IMG/VR virus record: IMGVR_UViG_3300011334_000333
Location: 1 to 30,127 of that record
Length of the DNA stretch: 30,127 nucleotides
Strand: one strand, 5' to 3'
Source of the DNA: a virus
Lineage: Duplodnaviria > Caudoviricetes
This document shows positions 24,082 to 30,127 of this stretch, piece by piece (position 1 is the first letter of the stretch; each line of letters opens with the position of its first letter). Both the position numbers and the translations under genes were made by a program. Under the pieces are notes generated by a model. The model was not told the origin of the DNA and did not search any database. It saw only the letters and a program-made list of their open reading frames with translations.

Positions 24082-25865
24082 TATTTTACGTCGCTAGGTA
24101 AATTTTTATTTTTAGGGCTGAAACCTTTTAAAGGTAAATTGTTAGGATAAATAGAAACTTCATAAGGATTAGTAACTTTGTAACCTTTAATCTCTGCGCT
24201 TCTAGTTCCAATATCTTGATAACCTTTTTCCATTTTAGTAAGGTCTAACATCATTGTAACTCTAGACCATTTGTGATGACATCTTGCACCGCCTTTGAAT
24301 CTAAAAATGTCGTATGTGTTTGCTCCGTTTTCTCCAAAACCAGGATTAACAGCTTTTGCACTCATTACATCAATATCTTCTTTTCTGAATAGTCTAGTAC
24401 TTGCATTCATCATAGCTTTACAAAAATCTCTATCAGGAACTTTGTTTCCATTGTATCTATATCTAACTTTGAAATACTTTAAATCCCCTACTTTCTTGTC
24501 TTGTGTGCTTTTTAAATTAGGTTTTGGACTACCAGTACTAACTAGGTTAACTAACTTGCTTAAAAGCGTTCCTTTGTCGCTTAATTTTAATTCAGCATTT
24601 ATAAGTTGTGAATTTAATTCTTCTTCTAGCTCTACGTCAACATCTCGTTCATCAACTATCTTCCAACCCTCTTCAAGTTCTTCTGCTTGGTTAATAATCT
24701 CTTCTAATTCCGTGTTTACCTTGCTTAATTCCGTTCCAGTTTCTTCTGCTACTTGCTCTGCAGTTTGTGCGTTTTCTAAGTCTGTAAACTCCAAAGGTTG
24801 TAAAGTTCTAAAATAAAGTTTCAAAGAAATTCCGTTAACGGCTAAAATCTGATCAAAAGCTTCAATCAATAAATCTTGCAAAGGTCGAATAACCATATTG
24901 TCGAACAAAACAACGCTACTTTTTAATTCGTCTGCATTACTTGAAAATCCGTTAGCCGAAGTAATACCGAAAATCAAAGGACTTGTAACATTGTGTCCTA
25001 CCATTATTTTATTTCGGCATTCATCTGATAAATATTGATAGTGTTGCGGTGCATCGTTTAACGGCACATCGTCAATAGTTGTTTTTTGCTCTTGATTTCT
25101 GACAAATGAAACGATAACTTTTTTACCTTTTGCGCCAGTAACCTTACTTAAAATTTGTCTTGAAACATCGTCTTGTTGCTCTTCAGTGTAACTGCCAGTA
25201 TTTATATTAATTACTTTCGTCCCTGAAAATCCGTTTTGTACTTCGTTAATTAAATAGTCGCTTATTTCCTCTTCTAGTTTTGTGTAAGGAATACAACCCT
25301 GATAATCACAATAAGAAAAATACTTCATACCAACGGCATACGGCTTTATGTAAAGTATTTCAATATCTTCTTTTGAAGTACCGAATGCTGGAATTAATTT
25401 AGGGGGAAAATTTTTAACATCGTCCCAGTTGTCCGAATAGAAATAACCGTTTATGTTTCCGTCTTTATCGCATTTTTGCGGTGCTAATAATTGGACTGGA
25501 ATATGAAAAGATTTTAAAACTTTACCTTTACTTTTTGAAATCTGAATAGCACATTGTCCGAAAATTTTTAAATCTGTTACGATTTTTTTAATTTCGTTAG
25601 GGCTAAATACACTCATCATTTGTGCGTATTCATTTGGCTTTCTTGAAGCGTCTAAGGCACTTAAACCACGTCCGTAAATCAATCTAGTAATATTGTTAAT
25701 TACAGCGTTATTTGTTGTGCTATTTTTATATCTATCAATTAGAAATTGAAAGTAACTGTTATTTTCTCCAAAAGTTACCCAATCATTTTTTTTATCCTCT
25801 GTAATCTTTGGAGCTTCGTAACTTGCAAGTTCAATTACTCTAATATTTTTATTTATTTCACTCAT
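24081..25865 (-). CDS. Portal protein with extra C-terminal Cys/His domain
   Basis: 'WVTFGENNSYFQFLIDRY..STTNNAVI', 'IMVGHNVTSPLIFGI', 'VIRPLQ'; after an acidic linker, 'RDFCKAMM...KGGARCHHKW'. Confidence 0.8.
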   Translation of the reverse strand: MSEINKNIRVIELASYEAPKITEDKKNDWVTFGENNSYFQFLIDRYKNSTTNNAVINNITRLIYGRGLSALDASRKPNEYAQMMSVFSPNEIKKIVTDLKIFGQCAIQISKSKGKVLKSFHIPVQLLAPQKCDKDGNINGYFYSDNWDDVKNFPPKLIPAFGTSKEDIEILYIKPYAVGMKYFSYCDYQGCIPYTKLEEEISDYLINEVQNGFSGTKVININTGSYTEEQQDDVSRQILSKVTGAKGKKVIVSFVRNQEQKTTIDDVPLNDAPQHYQYLSDECRNKIMVGHNVTSPLIFGITSANGFSSNADELKSSVVLFDNMVIRPLQDLLIEAFDQILAVNGISLKLYFRTLQPLEFTDLENAQTAEQVAEETGTELSKVNTELEEIINQAEELEEGWKIVDERDVDVELEEELNSQLINAELKLSDKGTLLSKLVNLVSTGSPKPNLKSTQDKKVGDLKYFKVRYRYNGNKVPDRDFCKAMMNASTRLFRKEDIDVMSAKAVNPGFGENGANTYDIFRFKGGARCHHKWSRVTMMLDLTKMEKGYQDIGTRSAEIKGYKVTNPYEVSIYPNNLPLKGFSPKNKNLPSDVK

Positions 25866-26191
25866 ATAACTATGAAATTATTTGCGGATTGTCTTTGTAT
25901 GTATTCGTTATCATTTACGCTGAAATCTGAAACCGTTTGATTAGTACAAAACATTTTATCATAAAAAACTACAGCACCCTCGTTTAGTAATTTAATCGTA
26001 TAAGTGAAATTTTCCCTTAATTCAAAAATAGCTGAAACGTTAATATAATAACCTCCAGGTGTAGTGGTAAACTCTGTAATATCTACAGACGTATTTTCAG
26101 CTTCACTAAATACTCTAATTGTATCAAAAACGCTATTTCTAGGGGCGCATTGAAAAGTTTGATTAAATAATGATTCTTGTAAAACTATCAT
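25862..26191 (-). CDS. Virion structural protein (109 aa)
   Basis: Beta-rich; first gene after a late promoter; ATGA-coupled to the portal. Confidence 0.65.
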   Translation of the reverse strand: MIVLQESLFNQTFQCAPRNSVFDTIRVFSEAENTSVDITEFTTTPGGYYINVSAIFELRENFTYTIKLLNEGAVVFYDKMFCTNQTVSDFSVNDNEYIQRQSANNFIVI

Positions 26192-26196
26192 ATCTT

Positions 26197-26222
26197 ATAG
26201 ACTTTTAAAACTTAATTTTGTT
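26197..26222 (-). promoter_or_regulatory. Putative late promoter 2 (AACA-N14-AAGTCTAT)
   Basis: 5 nt before ATG 26191; begins right after a terminator. Confidence 0.75.
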
Positions 26223-26224
26223 TC

Positions 26225-26255
26225 AAAAAAAAAGCGTACCTTAATAGATACGCTT
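26225..26255 (-). terminator. Intrinsic terminator after the tail tube gene
   Basis: AAGCGTA / TACGCTT stem, U9 tail. Confidence 0.8.
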
Positions 26256-26275
26256 CAATTCATTATTAGAAATTC

Positions 26276-26821
26276 TTAATCTGTTACAATAGTTGCACCG
26301 TCAAAGATAGTAGCAGCTAATGTAGTTTCATCTGTACAATCAATAAAGTTAGCTAAATTCTTTTCAGTACCTACAAATGTCAAAGTGTAACCTTGAGCAT
26401 CTGCCATTGCTGTACCACTTGCTACGTTTGCAGTTGTTAGCTCCATACCGTATTCCATACCAGCAAAGAAAAACTTATTAGTTCTAGTTTTAACCACAAC
26501 TTGAGGTCTACCATAAGCTAACATTTTAACTTGTTTGTGTGTAGTCGAATCTTGGTTTTTAAGCATCACTGACAAAGTTTGCTCTACAAATGTAGTTCCA
26601 GCGTCACGGCTTGAATTTACAACTTGATCAAAAGTGTTTGTTCCTTTCAATTCAAATTTATAAAGGTTTGTAACACCAGTAACCTCTGTAATAATGTCAT
26701 CAGCATCAATAGTAATATTACTCATCGGTGCTTGACCGAAGTTCACAAAGTAAATGGCATCTAATCCACCTACGTTATCTTTACAAGGCTCTAAACGTCC
26801 TAATGTTAAATCGCATGGCAT
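26276..26821 (-). CDS. Major tail (tube) protein
   Basis: 'MPCDLTLGRLEPCKDNVGGL', 'GTTFVEQTL', 'GYTLTFVGTE'; size and position fit a tube protein. Confidence 0.7.
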   Translation of the reverse strand: MPCDLTLGRLEPCKDNVGGLDAIYFVNFGQAPMSNITIDADDIITEVTGVTNLYKFELKGTNTFDQVVNSSRDAGTTFVEQTLSVMLKNQDSTTHKQVKMLAYGRPQVVVKTRTNKFFFAGMEYGMELTTANVASGTAMADAQGYTLTFVGTEKNLANFIDCTDETTLAATIFDGATIVTD

Positions 26822-26851
26822 AATTTTATTTTTTTAAAAGTTATTTTAAAC

Positions 26852-26882
26852 AAAAAAGGGAAGGCACTTTACCTCCCCTTTT
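26852..26882 (-). terminator. Intrinsic terminator after the major capsid gene
   Basis: AAAAGGGGAGG-UAAAGUG-CCUUCCCUUUUUU. Confidence 0.85.
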
Positions 26883-26899
26883 ATTCAGTTATTTAATTC

Positions 26900-27853
26900 T
26901 TAGTTAGCTGAATTTGTAATACCGTATGTTACTACTTCTTCTGCGAAACCATAGTTAGCGCAACCAGTCATTCTCATAACGATTCTTACATTCTCATCTC
27001 CTAGAGTTTCAGAAGTATCAATCAATTTAACTGTATTCATATCAGAAATTAATCCAGTACCAAAATACAAGTTAGATTTTTGCGCTGCAATAGCAACGTT
27101 AGAAGCTAATCCCTCTGCCAAAACGATTTTTACACCGTCAATAGACAAAGCTTGGTTTGAATACCACATTGTACCGTTAGCACCTACACCGTTAGAACCT
27201 AATCCACTTGCACCGAATCCACCTAAAGCAGCGATATAAGCGTAATACATATTAACTGGCAAATAGATGAACATATCTTCTTTTGCGATAATAGTTGCAG
27301 GAATAGCAGCTACAATTTTACGAAGTTCAACTAATACGTTGGCAGCAGTTACAGTTGTACCAGCAACTTCTTGAGCTGTTGGCAAAAGTGCATCAACTGC
27401 GATTTGTGTACAAATTCCGTCATATTGTCCTGACGTTCCAGTAACACCTCTCCAAAAAGAAATCTCATTTTCTTGAGCAACTTGAGAAGCATAACGAGCA
27501 AGGATAAAATCAGCAAAACTAGGTGCTAATGTATCGAATGCTGAAATTCCCATTTCTTCACTCATCCAATCTGAATGAAAATCTTTTTTACAAAGTTGTT
27601 GGTTAACTTGTAATTCTTTCGGAGTTAAAACTCTTTCAGTCAAAGTAACCGAACCAGTAGCTGTAAAATCACAAGAAGCATCTTTCAAAAGACCTCCAGT
27701 TGCTACTTTCTTAATAACTTCTTTGTACTTAATGTTTGGTTTGATTGTAACCAGTTGTTTGTCCAAAGTTGGTGCTGACAATAACGCTGTAGCGATGTAT
27801 TGTTGCAAAAATTTACCAGCATACGTGGTAGTAATCGATGTTGTTGTTGGCAT
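26900..27853 (-). CDS. Major capsid protein
   Basis: 317 aa after the scaffold and before a strong terminator; 'TTYAG', 'CDFTATGSVTLTERVL', 'SNLYFGTGL'. Confidence 0.8.
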   Translation of the reverse strand: MPTTTSITTTYAGKFLQQYIATALLSAPTLDKQLVTIKPNIKYKEVIKKVATGGLLKDASCDFTATGSVTLTERVLTPKELQVNQQLCKKDFHSDWMSEEMGISAFDTLAPSFADFILARYASQVAQENEISFWRGVTGTSGQYDGICTQIAVDALLPTAQEVAGTTVTAANVLVELRKIVAAIPATIIAKEDMFIYLPVNMYYAYIAALGGFGASGLGSNGVGANGTMWYSNQALSIDGVKIVLAEGLASNVAIAAQKSNLYFGTGLISDMNTVKLIDTSETLGDENVRIVMRMTGCANYGFAEEVVTYGITNSAN

Positions 27854-27873
27854 CTCTTTTAAATTTTAAATTG

Positions 27874-28464
27874 TTAATTAAATAATTTTCTTCTTATTCT
27901 GTCTTCAATCGTTTCCATTTTATTAGATCCAAATTGAAAGTTAGATTTCTCTGTTTTGTTTTCAGGATTAAACTCGATTTTTTTCGGCTCTATTTCCTCT
28001 GTTGAAAGTTCAACTTCTTTAGCTTCTTTGATAGATGCTAATTCAGTTTTCAAAGATTCGATTTCAGCTTTTAACGCTTCAACTTCTTCACTAGAAAAAT
28101 GCGTTTCCTTAGTTGTAGTTTCAACTGTTTTCTTTGGTGCTGATTTCGGAGCTTCCGCTTTTGCTTCAACCTCTTCTTCTACTGCTGGAGCTTCAACTGG
28201 CATTTCCTCTTCAACTTCAGCGTCTTTGATTTCAGCTATAATACCCTCTTCAATAACAACCAAAATTTGACCGCTTTCAAGTTCGTAATCTCCAACTGGC
28301 AAAGGGATCATTTGTTCGTCAACTGTTTTGATAAAAACTTCTTGACCTGATTCAAACATATTTGCTTCAAGGACTGTTTGACCGTCTGCCAACATCATTG
28401 ATTCTAATTTTACTTCCATTTGTAAAATAGTTTTAAATTTATTTATGATTTCTTTTGCATTCAT
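27874..28464 (-). CDS. Capsid scaffold-like protein
   Basis: Highly acidic, coiled coil, basic C-terminal tip 'EDRIRRKLFN'; directly before the capsid gene. Confidence 0.7.
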   Translation of the reverse strand: MNAKEIINKFKTILQMEVKLESMMLADGQTVLEANMFESGQEVFIKTVDEQMIPLPVGDYELESGQILVVIEEGIIAEIKDAEVEEEMPVEAPAVEEEVEAKAEAPKSAPKKTVETTTKETHFSSEEVEALKAEIESLKTELASIKEAKEVELSTEEIEPKKIEFNPENKTEKSNFQFGSNKMETIEDRIRRKLFN

Positions 28465-28469
28465 AACTT

Positions 28470-28495
28470 ATAGACTTAAGTATTTATTAACTGTT
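28470..28495 (-). promoter_or_regulatory. Putative late promoter 3 (AACA-N14-AAGTCTAT)
   Basis: 5 nt before ATG 28464. Confidence 0.75.
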
Positions 28496-28501
28496 ACCTT
28501 T

Positions 28502-28690
28502 TTAGTGCGTGTGAACCGTTGTAACTGGCTCTGTAGTGTTAATTACAGTGCTTACAGTTTGGTTTAATGGACTGCCAATACCTTGATTTTGTAAATCTCC
28601 GTTGCAACATTCAGAATTATAAGTTCCGTCATCGCAAAGGCATCCACGTTTGCCACCTTTAGGACTTGTTTTGCTTTTAGTTTTTGCCAT
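28502..28690 (-). CDS. Small Cys-rich protein in the head module
   Basis: 'SPKGGKRGCLC..GTY...CCNGDLQNQGIG'. Confidence 0.7.
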   Translation of the reverse strand: MAKTKSKTSPKGGKRGCLCDDGTYNSECCNGDLQNQGIGSPLNQTVSTVINTTEPVTTVHTH

Positions 28691-28691
28691 G

Positions 28692-29072
28692 TTATTTATT
28701 AAAATCGTTAATATATTGTTTTGCTTTATCAGCTAATGCAGAAACTCTATCGATTGCCGATTGGTATTTTTTAGGTTGTGGAACTTTTGTTTCATCAATA
28801 CCTAATGCTTTAACTTTAGAAATAAATAAATCTCTATCGTTTCTTAATTCATTTAATACTCTAGGTAAAAAATCAATCGAAGTATTTTTTTTTGCTTCTT
28901 GTTTTATTGAATCTATCCTATTAGTATAATCTAATACTTTTTTGTACTCAGTTTCAGCTTTACTAATTTGAGTATCCATATCAGCAAAATCAGCTAAAAA
29001 AATTTCATGCGTTCCTAGTTCAACTTTTTTCGCATCGTAAACTTTCTTAATGATTCTTTCTTCTTGTGTCAT
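28692..29072 (-). CDS. Helical hypothetical protein in the head module (possible internal protein)
   Basis: 126 aa, charged and helical; N-terminal 'KVELGTHEIFLAD'. Confidence 0.65.
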   Translation of the reverse strand: MTQEERIIKKVYDAKKVELGTHEIFLADFADMDTQISKAETEYKKVLDYTNRIDSIKQEAKKNTSIDFLPRVLNELRNDRDLFISKVKALGIDETKVPQPKKYQSAIDRVSALADKAKQYINDFNK

Positions 29073-29073
29073 T

Positions 29074-29664
29074 TTATATTGATTTTAAAATTTCTATTAT
29101 CTCTTTCAATTGTTTTTCTTCCTCACTTTCAACTAAACTTAAATCTAGTTTATCAATGAAATATCCCTCAATCGAAAATCCTTTAACTTTTCCTAACTTA
29201 ACATCTTCTCTGACTTGTTCATTATTTACTTTCATACAAATTACCCAAGTACCTTTTTTGTATTTAAGCCCGTAAATATTTGACTTATCCATTTCGGGGT
29301 CTTCTACTATCCAACTTTCAACAACTGACATATCATCCAATTTTTGATCGTGATGAATTGTTGCGTTATTCTGTTTTGAATTTTGTAAAAACATTTGACT
29401 AGCTTTCCTTACGGTTTCTTCTGAAAAAGTAATATCGAACCATTCCCCGTTTTCATCTTTTCTAGGAATCTTAATGTTTGGAACTAATGCAGCACCCATT
29501 AAAATGTGCCTTTCAGTATCAACCTCTTTTAATTGTACTTCATGCTTTTCCAATGCAATAAAGTTTTCCTCAATCGCTGGATTTAATACAAGTGAAACAG
29601 CATTAATACCGTTCTTTTCTGAGTTTTCATCAATGACTAACTCAATAACTTTTCTCTTTTGCAT
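29074..29664 (-). CDS. XkdF-like putative prohead protease
   Basis: 'AVSLVLNPAIE', 'ILMGAALVPN', 'TIHH', 'VVESWIVED', 'KGTW', 'GKVKGFSIEG'. Confidence 0.8.
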   Translation of the reverse strand: MQKRKVIELVIDENSEKNGINAVSLVLNPAIEENFIALEKHEVQLKEVDTERHILMGAALVPNIKIPRKDENGEWFDITFSEETVRKASQMFLQNSKQNNATIHHDQKLDDMSVVESWIVEDPEMDKSNIYGLKYKKGTWVICMKVNNEQVREDVKLGKVKGFSIEGYFIDKLDLSLVESEEEKQLKEIIEILKSI

Positions 29665-29668
29665 ACCT

Positions 29669-29694
29669 ATTGACTTTAAAATTATCCGAATGTT
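29669..29694 (-). promoter_or_regulatory. Putative late promoter 4 (AACA-N14-AAGTCAAT)
   Basis: 4 nt before ATG 29664; upstream element lies in the last codons of the tape-measure gene. Confidence 0.7.
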
Positions 29695-30127
29695 GCGTTT
29701 TTGATGTGATTTCTATCTAACTGTTGGCTTGTTGTTACTTCGCTAGATACTACATAAGCCTTAATCGGTGCGCCACCCAAACCGCCTAAAGGATTTGTAC
29801 CAGCGTTTCCGACTATTTGAAAAGATGGTGCGCTACTTGTTACCGTTTGCGTTGCAGTATTGTTACCACCACCCATTGAACCGCCACCGCCACCGTTTGG
29901 AGTGCCACCCTCAAATTTAGCCGAAGCAATTTTTCTAATTTGTACTAATGCAAAAGCACCAGCAAGTCCCGCAGCAATACCCTTAATTACTGGACCGCCT
30001 GGAGTATCTGCATAAGTTGATAAAACCGCTTTCGTTCCGTCAACTGTTGCTTGTGCTAAGTTCGCAGCCTTTCTAATTTGAAACGCTTTCTTTTGTCTTC
30101 CTAAATCTTTACCAGCGTTATCCTCTG
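29682..30127 (-). CDS. Tape-measure-like protein, C-terminal part (enters from the window end)
   Basis: Frame open from 30125: EDNAGKDLGRQKKAFQIRKAANLAQATVDGTKAVLSTY...IAAGLAGAFALVQIRKIASAKFEGG...PIKAYVVSSEVTTSQQLDRNHIKNATFG*. The 64-aa track ORF is only its tail. Confidence 0.8.
   Translation of the reverse strand, partial: EDNAGKDLGRQKKAFQIRKAANLAQATVDGTKAVLSTYADTPGGPVIKGIAAGLAGAFALVQIRKIASAKFEGGTPNGGGGGSMGGGNNTATQTVTSSAPSFQIVGNAGTNPLGGLGGAPIKAYVVSSEVTTSQQLDRNHIKNATFG

Noticed and set aside
228-29704. All plus-strand ORFs in the track (e.g. 228..503, 6413..6733, 24295..24816, 27956..28270)
   Set aside because: They lie antisense to well-supported minus-strand genes and have shadow-frame composition (Ser/Phe/Leu-rich) with no motifs.
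29682-29876. 64-aa ORF as a stand-alone gene
   Set aside because: The frame is open to the window end; it is the C-terminus of the tape-measure-like gene.
1-30127. tRNA genes, integrase/att site, stop-codon reassignment
   Set aside because: No cloverleaf or recombinase motifs seen; genes tile densely under the standard code with TAA, TAG and TGA all used as stops.

Overview
AT-rich tailed-phage DNA, most likely a siphovirus of a Bacteroidota (Flavobacteriia-like) host. The host call rests on TAnnTTTG promoters and the lack of Shine-Dalgarno sites. All credible genes are on the minus strand. The window starts with the 5' part and ends with the 3' part of a tape-measure-like gene, so it looks like a nearly complete, circularly permuted genome missing only the middle of that gene. 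No integrase, tRNA or CRISPR array is visible. Modules in reading order (high to low coordinate): head and tail-tube genes, portal, connectors, fibre, lysis, early recombination/replication/DNA-modification genes, an ECF-type sigma factor, terminase and tail genes. The most interesting layer is non-coding: (1) a ~63-nt promoter-plus-terminator unit (19581-19644) whose RNA is antisense to an AAACG...UAUG motif shared by seven early translation-start regions; (2) four late promoters WACA-N14-AAGTCWAT only 4-5 nt before ATG, implying leaderless mRNAs probably read by the phage sigma; (3) a structured loop-pairing leader on the replication initiator; (4) a -1 frameshift site in a probable tail chaperone; (5) several operator-like repeats. 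Protein functions are from motif recognition by eye, with no database search.
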